Below, piece by piece: positions 29,237 to 39,100 of a stretch of 64,000 nucleotides of DNA. Numbering within the stretch: position 1 is the stretch's first letter; every line of letters starts with the position of its first letter. Origin of the DNA: a virus; the IMG/VR virus record IMGVR_UViG_3300027887_000007, positions 46,208-110,207 of that record. The stretch is one strand, 5' to 3'. The notes beneath the pieces were generated by a model. The model searched no databases. It was not told the origin of the DNA and saw only the letters and a list, made by a program, of their open reading frames with translations. Both the position numbers and the translations under genes were made by a program.

Positions 29237-29451
29237 CTTCCTCTCCCTCTGGATGATTTTCGTGCTGATTTGCGTCCCTTGCGAGATTGCCCGGATACGC
29301 TAAGTCCGATGGCGATCGCCTGATCTCGGTCCTTTACGATCGGACCCTCGTCTGACCCGGAGTGGAGTGTTCCGGCCTTGAACTTGTGCATCTCCTCGCC
29401 CATTGCAGCCCGTTTCTGCTTCTTCGATGCGGAAGGCGGTAGCTTAGGCAC
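29233..29451 (-). CDS. DUF6496-like small basic protein
   Basis: EMHKFKAGTLHSGS..GPIVKDRDQAIAIGLS; GTG start. Confidence 0.7.
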   Translation of the reverse strand: MPKLPPSASKKQKRAAMGEEMHKFKAGTLHSGSDEGPIVKDRDQAIAIGLSVSGQSRKGRKSARKSSRGRGR

Positions 29452-29719
29452 GGGACGCTCCTCGTGAGGCCTTTCGGTTCGGCTTGCGCTTCGAGGCCCT
29501 TCCCTCGTCAGCCTCATATCCGGAAAGCGCTGAAGCTGCGCTCCTCAGGAGTTCGGCCGCCCGGGCTAGGCGCTTGGGATCCTTGCGGATCTCGGCATGG
29601 CGAATCATGTCGTGGGCATCCTCGCGGGCGCGGAACTCATCGTCCATGCCCAGCGCCGCAGACGGGGTCGGCGGGCTCGGAATCTTTGCAAGGCTGGCCT
29701 TCTTCCCTTTGGTCGCCAT
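29444..29719 (-). CDS. Small basic protein
   Basis: FRAREDAHDMIRHAEIRKDPKRLARA; Arg/Lys-rich tail. Confidence 0.7.
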   Translation of the reverse strand: MATKGKKASLAKIPSPPTPSAALGMDDEFRAREDAHDMIRHAEIRKDPKRLARAAELLRSAASALSGYEADEGRASKRKPNRKASRGASRA

Positions 29720-29833
29720 ATTCGCCTCTCGGGGCGGCCTCGGTTCGAGGAGGGTAGATGTTACCTCTTGCCAAGACCGCCACTTCGGGAGTTTGCCGTC
29801 AGAGATAGGCTACTAAACCCTTGTCAAGCCCCC

Positions 29834-30169
29834 CTATCTCCCTCGGCCTCTGGACCTTTTGCGGTTGCCCTTGCGGACGACCATTTCCCCCTTGTGGAGG
29901 ACCGCGAGGCCGGTATTTTTTACCCGTCCGCCCTTTCGGTACTTCGGCAGCTTCTTGAGCTGCTCCGGATCCGCCTGTCCTCCAGCTCGGCGCTTGGCGA
30001 GGTCTACCACAGCCGAAACGCCCTTCTCGCGGATCGTGTCCGCTGCGGTCCGGGCGGGGGCCGCGGTTTTCTTTGCCGGGCCGACCCAACTGTCAACCTT
30101 CTCTTGGATCTTCCGGCCGGCTGACTTCACCGCCTCGGTGGCTTTGCTCAGTATGCCTTCATCCGGCAT
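29834..30169 (-). CDS. Small basic protein with KGGxxxxTGxxxLHKGExV motif
   Basis: 111 aa; motif shared with 7763-8107; RBS AGGAG. Confidence 0.7.
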   Translation of the reverse strand: MPDEGILSKATEAVKSAGRKIQEKVDSWVGPAKKTAAPARTAADTIREKGVSAVVDLAKRRAGGQADPEQLKKLPKYRKGGRVKNTGLAVLHKGEMVVRKGNRKRSRGRGR

Positions 30170-30183
30170 CTCGCCTCTCCTTG

Positions 30184-30510
30184 CTAGGACACCATGCAGA
30201 TGCAGGTGACCCCATCCCCCGCGGTGTCCGCGTCGATGTAGATCACCGACATGTTGGTCCCGTTCACCTCGATACCTATCCCTGCACTAAATGATGGCTG
30301 AGTCCTGTCAAGCCTCGCCATGATGTACCGCAGGTTTATTCGGTCGTCGGAGGATGAGAGAGTAACGTAGACGTCGCCAGCATTCGACTTGAGACGCTGG
30401 ATCGCAAAACCATGGACGTTTACGGCCAAGGATGGGTCGAGGAGGTTGTTGGTGATCCTCTTCGGGACCCCGGGCGTGTCGATTACGATCTTGCCGAGTG
30501 GTAGAAACAT
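30184..30510 (-). CDS. Small beta-rich protein (paralog of 22921-23226)
   Basis: IQRLKSNAGDVYV...NMSVIYIDADTAGDGV. Confidence 0.6.
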   Translation of the reverse strand: MFLPLGKIVIDTPGVPKRITNNLLDPSLAVNVHGFAIQRLKSNAGDVYVTLSSSDDRINLRYIMARLDRTQPSFSAGIGIEVNGTNMSVIYIDADTAGDGVTCICMVS

Positions 30511-30686
30511 TTGAGTTTCCTCGTGGCGATGATGTACCGCCGCCTGACACTTCCCAACCACCATTCATAGATGGCGGCGAGAACCTTGCTCCTAGGACCA
30601 ACGTAGTCGATCTGAAAGATCGCAGCCCGTTGTTCCACGGCACGGGACGTGAAATCCTCAGGACCCAAGTGATACGCGAACTTCAT
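30483..30686 (-). CDS. Hypothetical protein
   Basis: 67 aa; ATGA overlap with the upstream GT gene. Confidence 0.4.
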   Translation of the reverse strand: MKFAYHLGPEDFTSRAVEQRAAIFQIDYVGPRSKVLAAIYEWWLGSVRRRYIIATRKLKCFYHSARS

Positions 30687-32677
30687 GACGGCACCTCAAG
30701 TACTCCAATGCCCATCGAGGGCCCCGGGCATCCGGGGTACTCGCCCGGGTCGAAAAACTCGTGGTGGACGAATCTCCCCTTTATTTCCTCCCACAGCCGG
30801 CTGACGAAAACCCCAAGGCTGCGGTGATAGTCGCTGTCGAGAATGTCATGGAAGACGATCAGACCGCCTGGTCGAACAGACGGACTGTAGGCCTCGAAAT
30901 CCTGTCTGACACCCTCATAGGTGTGGTCCCCGTCGATAAACAGAACGTCGACCTGTCCAGCCATTTCGGTAGCCCGGTGGATGATCGCCCAGTCGTGGCT
31001 GTCCCCCTCGATCTCGGTAACATGCTTTGCGAGCGGGGTCTCGTCGTACACCTGCCGGGGATAGTAGTGGGCGAGCTCGGTAAACCCGCCCCAGTCGAAT
31101 CTCTGGTCAACCGCATAGACCATGCCATCGTGAGGGGCGACCATCTTGGCCCAAAACATGGCGCTTCCACCCCTGTACACGCCTATCTCAAGTACCTTCT
31201 TGATCTTCCGTGCCGACAGTAGCTTCTGCAACGCCATGAGCTCGCCCGGCTTTTGGGCGCAAGGCCAGTCGATCTTGATGCCGGCGAACCCGTACCGCTC
31301 TCGGATGATCGCCCGGCAGCGCTCGAAATGCTCCGGCGTCATCCAAGAGGCGTGATTCTCTTGGTGAAAGATCGGGAAGTTTCCGATCATCAGGCTTCCG
31401 TTGTTCGGGAGCGGCCCTTCTTTCGGGACCTGAATGGTCTGGTACCCGGCGTCCTGAACCTTGAAGCAGAAGTCCATGTCCTCAAATCCGCCGGGATTGA
31501 AAGTCTCATCGAACAGACCGACCTTATCGAACATGTCCCGGCGAACGGCGGCGCAGAAAAACATGACGAACCAGCGGTCCACGTCCGATGCGTACCCCTT
31601 CAGTGGGCCGGTAACGCCGAAGCGCTTGGTCCTCAGAGGCTCAATCAGTGTCGGCAGCCATAGTCGCGCCGCTTCGGGATTGTTGTTTAGGATCACCGCA
31701 TCATCATTGATGAAGACGATGTACTCTCCACGGGAAGCCCGCACCCCCTCGTTGAGCGCTCTGGTAGCTCCGATCCTCTCTGGGAACCATACCAACCTGA
31801 ATGGATCCCCCAATGTCTGGGCGAAGTAGCGAGCATCCTCCTCCGCTCCATTTGCCACAATGACCACCTCACCGTTGGTCAGATCGGTGGCTGCAACGAT
31901 GCTCGACACGCAGGCCTGCAGATTCCTCGCCGAGCAAGTAGGGATGACTATCGAGAACTCGGCAGTCTTCTCCTTGAATCCGTACCGCTCGCGGAGGATG
32001 TTGAAGTTCCGGGCGAAGGTCTCCTGCCACTTCTCGGCCACCCCTTCGAGGGAATGCACTGTACCTTCGGCCGCATGGTAGATCGGGAACTCCCCCGACC
32101 AGAACTTCGGGTTAATGTTCCCATCCAGCTTATCGTGGGGAACCTGAACGATGCCGTACCCCTTCTGCTTCGCCTTCATGGCGAAGTCCATGTCTTCCCC
32201 GGCGCCCGGGTTGAAGCACTCGTCCAGCAGGCCGATCTCGTAGAACAGGGTGTGCCGGATCATGGCACAGAAGAAGAGGATGAACTCGCAGTTGGTTGCC
32301 GGGCTGCGCGTCTTGAGTGGTCCGGTGATGGCCACTTTCGGGTTCGAGAAAGGCGCCATCATCATGTCGATCCACTGGTTTTTGGACTGCGGGAGCAGGA
32401 TTACGTCGTCGTTCAGCAGGACGATGTACTCTCCGCGGCAGACCTTGATCCCCTCGTTGAGGGCCCGTGTGGCCCCGATCGGCTTGTCATAGTGAAGGTA
32501 CTCTACCGGAACGCCGACCTCGGTAAGTCCCTTGGCGAACCGGCGCGTTTCTTCCCCGGCGCCGTTTGCGACCACAACAATCTCGGTGTCAGTGAGATTG
32601 GTGTACTCAGCAATAGACGCCAGACATTGTTTCAACAGAGATAGGGTACACGTCGGTATGACGATGCTTAACTTCAT
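30683..32677 (-). CDS. Tandem GT2-GT2 glycosyltransferase fused to a class I SAM-dependent methyltransferase (Methyltransf_24-like)
   Basis: Two copies of SIVIPT...VVANG...GATRALNEG...GEYIVxxNDD...GLxDExFNPG.xEDMDF; C-terminal VLEIGVYRGGS, DVLFIDGDHTYEGV, PGGLIVFHD. Confidence 0.9.
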   Translation of the reverse strand: MKLSIVIPTCTLSLLKQCLASIAEYTNLTDTEIVVVANGAGEETRRFAKGLTEVGVPVEYLHYDKPIGATRALNEGIKVCRGEYIVLLNDDVILLPQSKNQWIDMMMAPFSNPKVAITGPLKTRSPATNCEFILFFCAMIRHTLFYEIGLLDECFNPGAGEDMDFAMKAKQKGYGIVQVPHDKLDGNINPKFWSGEFPIYHAAEGTVHSLEGVAEKWQETFARNFNILRERYGFKEKTAEFSIVIPTCSARNLQACVSSIVAATDLTNGEVVIVANGAEEDARYFAQTLGDPFRLVWFPERIGATRALNEGVRASRGEYIVFINDDAVILNNNPEAARLWLPTLIEPLRTKRFGVTGPLKGYASDVDRWFVMFFCAAVRRDMFDKVGLFDETFNPGGFEDMDFCFKVQDAGYQTIQVPKEGPLPNNGSLMIGNFPIFHQENHASWMTPEHFERCRAIIRERYGFAGIKIDWPCAQKPGELMALQKLLSARKIKKVLEIGVYRGGSAMFWAKMVAPHDGMVYAVDQRFDWGGFTELAHYYPRQVYDETPLAKHVTEIEGDSHDWAIIHRATEMAGQVDVLFIDGDHTYEGVRQDFEAYSPSVRPGGLIVFHDILDSDYHRSLGVFVSRLWEEIKGRFVHHEFFDPGEYPGCPGPSMGIGVLEVPS

Positions 32678-33947
32678 GCTTGGCAGGCTCCCGTTCCATC
32701 TTCTTTTCGTAGTCTAACAGACACCCGCGCCGCGGCTTGTTCTCCTTCAGCCAAGTGCGGAAGGCGACCTCTAGGATCCTAAATTCCGCCCGCGACAACC
32801 AGAGAGTATCTACCGTCAGCCCTCCGGTCCCATCCTTGCCAACCTGATAGTACTGATCGAAGTCGCGTGACATCCAAGTGATCCCATACTTCTCCGGGTT
32901 GTCCCACACGGGGGTCCCGGGGTAGGGGACGAAATTGGAGACGAAGTACTGGTCCGGATCGGCGTCGACGATGAACTTCCTCGTCTCCTCGAGCGTATCG
33001 GCGGTCTCGCCCGGGAATCCGATGACGAAGAAGGCCCGGGAGACGATCCCGTATTTCTTCGCCCATTCGATGACGTTGTAGTTGTCCTTGATCTTCGCTC
33101 CCTTGATCATCCGGTCAAGGATGTAGGGCGACCCGGATTCGATGCCCCATGCAACCTGTCGGCATCCGGCGTCGGCCAGCCGGCGGTAGACTTCTTCCGT
33201 ATCCGGCCCGGCCTTCCCAAGGCAGCGGAACGTGATACCAAGCGGCCCGATCAAGTCCAATATCGGAAAAAGTCGCTTCTTGTTCAGGGTGAAGATGTCG
33301 TCTTGGAAGTTGAACGCCCGGATCCCGTACTCGTCGATAACCCGCTTGATCATGTCGCGGACTTGCTCGGGCGTGGCGATTTTCTTGTTTCCGTCCAGCT
33401 TGTGCATCATGTCGAGCCCGCAGAATGCACAGTGGTAGGGACATCCGCGGGCTGTGAGCAGAGGGACCGACTTCTCCCCGTCGACAACCCGGTGGTAGGA
33501 GAAGACGTCCACGAGGTCGAACGCGGGGTAGATACCAGCGTCAACCTTCCCGTCCGACTTGATGATCCTGTGAAACTGCTTCCCGGTCGCAAGCTCAGCC
33601 ATTGGGGTTTCGCCGGCCCCGATCACTACATGATCGGCAAACAGGTATCCCTCCGGCATGGCCGATGGATTAGCTCCCCCGACAACGATCTTGGCCTTGG
33701 GTGAAACCCTGCGGATCTCCCGACACAAAGGCTCGACAAAGTTCATCGAGGTGCAATAGCTGGTGATCCCGTAGAGGTCGGCCTTCCCGATCGTAAAGCT
33801 GGTCAAACCAGACATGTCGTTCACACGCACATCGACATCCGGAACTGCCTTGCGAAGATGCGCGGCAATCATGAGAAGACCCAGAGGCGGGTCCAGCCTG
33901 TCATCTGTGGAGTTTGGGTGCGGCGGATGGATCAGCTCAACCTTCAT
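32607..33947 (-). CDS. Cobalamin-binding radical SAM enzyme (class B methyltransferase-like)
   Basis: PPLGLLMIAAHL and IVVGGANPS B12-binding domain; RGCPYHCAFC (CxxxCxxC); FQDDIF; GIESGS; FVIGFPGET; PYPGTP. Confidence 0.92.
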   Translation of the reverse strand: MKVELIHPPHPNSTDDRLDPPLGLLMIAAHLRKAVPDVDVRVNDMSGLTSFTIGKADLYGITSYCTSMNFVEPLCREIRRVSPKAKIVVGGANPSAMPEGYLFADHVVIGAGETPMAELATGKQFHRIIKSDGKVDAGIYPAFDLVDVFSYHRVVDGEKSVPLLTARGCPYHCAFCGLDMMHKLDGNKKIATPEQVRDMIKRVIDEYGIRAFNFQDDIFTLNKKRLFPILDLIGPLGITFRCLGKAGPDTEEVYRRLADAGCRQVAWGIESGSPYILDRMIKGAKIKDNYNVIEWAKKYGIVSRAFFVIGFPGETADTLEETRKFIVDADPDQYFVSNFVPYPGTPVWDNPEKYGITWMSRDFDQYYQVGKDGTGGLTVDTLWLSRAEFRILEVAFRTWLKENKPRRGCLLDYEKKMEREPAKHEVKHRHTDVYPISVETMSGVYC

Positions 33948-34417
33948 TACCCCCCCTTTGCGACCGTGTCGATCGCGGTGGCTACGGTTTCGGCGTCAAC
34001 CCAACAGTCCTCACGGTACTGTGCGTTGTCCCACCATTCCCAGATATTAGGGCGGATGTACCTGACTCCTTTGAGCAGGTTTACGTTGGCGGGATGACCA
34101 AACACGTAGGGGTCTTGCTGACCGAATACCACAACTCCGCGTTTTCCCTCGTAGGTTGCGAAGTGCTGGAAAAAGTTGTCGACCGACGCCCATGTCGCGC
34201 ATTCCTGCAGGGCTTTCGCAATGAGCTTCAGGCGCAGCCCCCAGCAGAATCCTTGGACGTTAGGAAACCGGTACTCGCCGGCCGCGCCGACCTGAATGAC
34301 ATGGTACCCCATGGCGACCAACAGTGAGATCACCGCCTCCCAGTGCGGGTAGTCCTTCGGGTTTTTCGCCCCGCTGCGGAGCGTCCTCGAGAACGGCGAG
34401 ACCATGATCTTCTGCAT
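33947..34417 (-). CDS. GT9 (heptosyltransferase-like, GT-B) C-terminal domain protein
   Basis: KDYPHW...VIQVG...VDNFFQHFA...GVVVFG..DP. Confidence 0.7.
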   Translation of the reverse strand: MQKIMVSPFSRTLRSGAKNPKDYPHWEAVISLLVAMGYHVIQVGAAGEYRFPNVQGFCWGLRLKLIAKALQECATWASVDNFFQHFATYEGKRGVVVFGQQDPYVFGHPANVNLLKGVRYIRPNIWEWWDNAQYREDCWVDAETVATAIDTVAKGG

Positions 34418-35463
34418 CAGGCAACTCCGTACAGCCGCTTGAACCCTTCAGCGATCGGGATCCTGAGATTCTTGTCACCACAGTACTTGTAGACGTCATA
34501 GTTCTCAAGGTTCCAAATCATCTGGCCTTCGGCAATCGAGATTTCCACGAAGTCCTTCGGTTCGTCCTCGAAGACCTCCGGGTAGCAGTCGGCCATGACG
34601 ATCTTCTTCCCGGTGGCTTTCTCGCGGACCAGCGGCCAGACCTCGTTTTTGAAGATGATGTGGTCGCCGAGGCCGCAGTTCAAGACGATCGGGACAATTT
34701 CAGTGGGATTGACGCCCCAGCGGAGCATACGCTCGACGAACTTCCGCTCGTCCGATGCCCAGTGGGACCCGTCCGTGTAGGACCGGATTCCGCCCTCCGG
34801 GTTGCGAAGGTGCCAAGTCTTGCAGACTGGCTGTATGAGGATCTTCCAGCCGGCGAGCTTCATCTCGTAGGTGAAGATAGTCTCCTCCCGATGGCCGACC
34901 GGACTCAGGTCGGTCGGGTAGTTCGGGGCAGCTTCCTTGCGAAACACAAACGAGCTGTAGAGGTGGTCAACCTCGTACGGCTGCTCGACCGTACTAGGGA
35001 ACCACTGCTCGTTCATGCCGATGTAGATGTCCTCGATCTTGTTCGAGGCGATCTTCGGCTTCCTCGGGATGTAGTTGAGTGGGTCGATGATCAGCCCACC
35101 GACAGCCCCGACCTCCGGCCTCGGGCGAATCACCCGCAGGAGGCACTCGAGGACGTTCGGCTCGGGCGCCTGGTCGTCGTCCAAACGCCAGATGAAGTCA
35201 GTCTTCGCCATGCCGAGGGCCCGCTGGTGGTTGGCGACTTGGCCGATCCGGGCCCCGAAGCTAACCTCCCACTCGATGCCCTTGATGCTCAGCAGTGAGA
35301 ATAGCCCCTTGTAAAGGCCGTTCTCGCGTAGGTCCCTCTGCTCTCCGTCATCGAAGATGATGAGTTTCTTCGGAAGGATGGTCTGGTTGCAGACCGCGGA
35401 GATCATGAGCGGAAGGGTGGTGAAGTACCGGTCCTTCGTGGAAACGGTTGCGGTTACTTGCAT
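34417..35463 (-). CDS. GT2 glycosyltransferase with a C-terminal GT9-like N-domain
   Basis: STKDR, IIFDDG, WRLDDD (DxD), HREET; C-terminal LNCGLGDHII...YPEVF. Confidence 0.8.
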   Translation of the reverse strand: MQVTATVSTKDRYFTTLPLMISAVCNQTILPKKLIIFDDGEQRDLRENGLYKGLFSLLSIKGIEWEVSFGARIGQVANHQRALGMAKTDFIWRLDDDQAPEPNVLECLLRVIRPRPEVGAVGGLIIDPLNYIPRKPKIASNKIEDIYIGMNEQWFPSTVEQPYEVDHLYSSFVFRKEAAPNYPTDLSPVGHREETIFTYEMKLAGWKILIQPVCKTWHLRNPEGGIRSYTDGSHWASDERKFVERMLRWGVNPTEIVPIVLNCGLGDHIIFKNEVWPLVREKATGKKIVMADCYPEVFEDEPKDFVEISIAEGQMIWNLENYDVYKYCGDKNLRIPIAEGFKRLYGVA

Positions 35464-35699
35464 CAGACAGGCACCCCCAGCTCCGTGAGGATCGCCTCGA
35501 TTCCGCCGACCTCCTTCAGGAGCTCAGCCCGCCTGTCCTGAAGCTCTTTGGGGTTGACCTTCTGCCGCTCCGGCATCTGGAGTTCTTCCCCGCTCTCCGG
35601 GTCGAATCGCTTGAAGACCAGCTCGTAGCCCTCCGGTCCGAACTGAATCTTCGCAAGTCCCTTCTCACGCACTCGGTTGAACCGTTTGATGTCGATCAT
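35463..35699 (-). CDS. Hypothetical protein
   Basis: 78 aa; KRFDPESGEE plus coiled coil; RBS GGAG. Confidence 0.65.
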   Translation of the reverse strand: MIDIKRFNRVREKGLAKIQFGPEGYELVFKRFDPESGEELQMPERQKVNPKELQDRRAELLKEVGGIEAILTELGVPV

Positions 35700-36168
35700 A
35701 AAATCTCCCTCCCGGTATCGCTATCCACCGACCGACATTTGCCGGCCAGATCCAATCGTTCTGCACTTGCGCCATATCCCACTTCTTCTTCTCTGCCTCA
35801 ATCTCGTTCTTGATTGACTCTACACTGACGCAGTCACCAGCGGGAAGCTCCCTCACGAAGCGGCAGGATGCGGAAACGCCCCCTTGAACGTAGATCGCCG
35901 GAAACGATCTGCAGACGAGCGGGCGCTTGTTGTAGACCAAGCAGGCTCCATCGCCGTAGTTCGGGCAAGGCCTAGTCACCATTTGGTACGCGGTAGTCAC
36001 AACAGGAAAGCCGACACCGAAGAGAGGTTTTACGCTTTCTGGGGGAAACTGCAGTGTTTCGTCCGGGCTGAGGTAGAGTCCAAACTCCCATCCGAACCTC
36101 GGCTCGACAAGATTCTGCTCCCGGCAGCAATCCCCGCAGTTGGTACACTTGAAGTCAACGGCTACCAT
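35665..36168 (-). CDS. YkgJ/FliB-like CxxCxxCC Fe-S/Zn protein
   Basis: FKCTNCGDCC...CP...CLVYNKRPLVCRSFP...C. Confidence 0.85.
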   Translation of the reverse strand: MVAVDFKCTNCGDCCREQNLVEPRFGWEFGLYLSPDETLQFPPESVKPLFGVGFPVVTTAYQMVTRPCPNYGDGACLVYNKRPLVCRSFPAIYVQGGVSASCRFVRELPAGDCVSVESIKNEIEAEKKKWDMAQVQNDWIWPANVGRWIAIPGGRFYDRHQTVQPSA

Positions 36169-39100
36169 TCAACGCCCCGATCACTGATTCTACAGATTCT
36201 TTCAGTGAGGCGTCCATCTGTTTTACAGCGTTGACCAAAATGAAGACCATCGGGGCGTAGTCGAAGATCAGTACGTCAGTCGGTTCTCCCTCGGCGTAGA
36301 GCTGGGCGTTCTCTATGCGCCAGATCGTCCGCGGGGCGACCGGCTCTACTTCCTGCGCGATGATGCCGACGCGGTCGATGTTGTCGTATCCCGGCTCCCA
36401 AAGCTGGTTGTACTTGAAAAATACGGGGTTGATCTTCTCTACAACCTCGATCCCGTCGGTAAACCGCTCGATCTCACGCTTCAGGCGGATATCGGACGAC
36501 TTTTTGAACCCCGACAGACCACTGTAACCGGAGAACCCAGAACCAGAGTAGCCGCTGTCACCCGAGTAGCCTGACCCGGACGAGTACCCAGAGTAGCCCG
36601 AGTGACCGCAGTACCCGGACATTCCGGAGTAGCCGCTGTAGCCGCTCTGCGGTGAGGAGTAGCCGCTCCGTCCTGAGACCCCGGAAATCCCCGAGTGACC
36701 GCAGTACCCGGATTTGCCTGGGAAGCCTGAGTACCCGCTATCCGTCGAGGAGTACCCGGATGTACCAGAGAAACCGGAATAGCCTGAGTAACCTGACGTT
36801 CCAAGACCAGCGCTTCCATACCCGGAGTAGGAGCTGTAGCCAGAGTACCCCGACACGGCGCTGTAGCCCGAGATCCCCGAATACCCTGATTCCCCGCTGT
36901 AGCCGGAGTAGCCAGACGCCTGACCTCCACCACCACCGCCAGATGTGACGAACCAACTTCTGGGAGATGGCGGGAGGAGACGAGGCGGGTCTTGCTGACT
37001 GCCGAAGTACGACTGGTACAGGCGCCAGACCTCATCGGCTGACAGCGCCCGATTCCAGAACTGTAGGTCTGATGCTCGGCACTCGTTCCACTCGAATGAG
37101 CCATAGTCTCTCGGGAGCCCGACACCGTAGCTCCAAGCTCTTTCACTGGCAAACGCAGTAGCCGAGCCGTGCGTCTGGGAATCCCAAAGCTTGCCGTCCA
37201 CGTAGACGTCTAGGTACCCATTGTCAGACGCGCTCCTGACCACCCAAGTAACTAGGACCCACCTGTTTGTCGGACACGGAGTACCGCCACAGACCATCGT
37301 GTGATCTTCTGTGACATACCCAAAGAAGTAGCCTTCGGTTGAAATTCCGACCACGGCATTTGTGTAGCCACCGGCCGGACCATCAAGAACATCGAACAAT
37401 GAGTTCCATTGAGTGGTCCCAAGATTCAGCACCCAGGCCGATACCGTGTACGCCCCATCCACCGCAATCGGAGTCCGTACGGTGTGAACCGGGGTATAGA
37501 AGTAGTACTGATTGGTGTAGCTGAAGGTGCCACCGAGCTGCGGCCCACGGGCGCCAACCGACCAGTAATCCGGTCCAGCCGGAGCCACGAAAATCTCCGG
37601 ACCTGCTACGTTGTGGAGATAGTTGCCAGATCCCTCGTTGAGAAGCAACCACACCCCAAGCCCTTGGTTGAGCGGGTGGTCTGGATTAGCTTTCCATCCA
37701 GCCCCGACCGGCTTGGTCGGAGGTTCTGATGGTATTGACAGCTTACGGGTGACCGCTTGACTGCCGGATGAAACGAACCACTTGCGCGGCGACGACGGGA
37801 GAAGGCGCGGATTGTCAGGTGTCCCCCACGGGTGCCGCTGTAGGTACAGCATCTCGTCGATGGACAAGATACGGTTCCAGATGGCGGTTTGAATGACCGG
37901 AGCGCTGTAATTGCCAACTCCGTTTGCCTTCCCACCTGCGATGTTGAACATGTCCGCGTCGTAGTCGTTGCGATAGTAGATCGGACCCAGTCCAGTCCCT
38001 ATATTCGCACTACGTCCAACGGCATAGATGTTGACATCCCCAGCGGCATTCCATGTTTGAAATGCAACAAACCCCATGCGTTGCTCAAACTCAGTCATGG
38101 TGAGGTCGGGACCATCCAGAGTGTGGTTGTTAGCCCCCCCATTTGAGTAGTAATCGCATGTCAGCCCATGAAGCGAACCTGTCCAACAGACCAGGCCGTA
38201 TGACGCCGATAGGCTCCCGGCGCCCCTAAATCCGCCAATCGCCACGTTCTGCTCGACAGATCCATAAAACACAAACTCCGTCATGCTCGTTCCTTCTGGA
38301 ACGTCCGAGAGCTGTCGCATCGACGTAGTATGTGGCCCGAAGCCCGTCGATTGTACGGCGTGGATCCCGCATCCTCTCCGCGTCTGGGCCCACCTAACAT
38401 TCATCCCGGTGTCAGGAGCATTAGGAATGCCGTAAAACAAAGTCATCCCAGTGCAATACTCCTTCAGTGACGCCCCGACTCCCTCCAAGAGCGGGTACCA
38501 CAACGTCATTCCATCGTGAACTGGGTGTTCCCTGTTTACCTGAAATTCGCTTCCAACCGGCTTTGTGAGCGTTTCATCGGGGATGATGAATGCCCTAGTA
38601 AGCCCGGAGTCTCCTCCTCCTGCCGAGTATCCGGACGACCCACTCAGTCCAGATCCACCCGAGTACCCAGATGGCGCCGTGTCGCCCGAATACCCAGAAA
38701 TGCCGGAGTACCCCGAGAACCCGCTGTCTCCGAACCCACGGTACCCGGAGAATCCAGAAGGCGCAGCGCCCGAGTAACCAGAAGACCCGTACCCCGAGTA
38801 CCCGGATGCTCCAGAGCATCCCTCCATACCGAACTGGAACACCCAGTTCTGCTCTGGACCTTCCTGAGCGGGGGCGAACCAAACCTCCGGCTGCGCTGGG
38901 ACAAAACGAGGATTTTCTGGGGTGCCAAACGGGTGAGAGTAGAGCTCTAGCCACTCCTCCGAGCTCAGTTCCCTGTCCCAGATTTGAATCCAGTAGATGT
39001 TAGCGCCAACCGTTCTGGTTAGCTGGGCTGCTGAGGCGTCGTTGCCAGCGATGACAAACCTACCCGTGCCACCTGTGTCGTAGTCTATCGTCCCGGCTGT

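Noticed and set aside
29798-29827. TTGACA as a sigma70 promoter
   Set aside because: No acceptable -10 box at 16-18 nt spacing.
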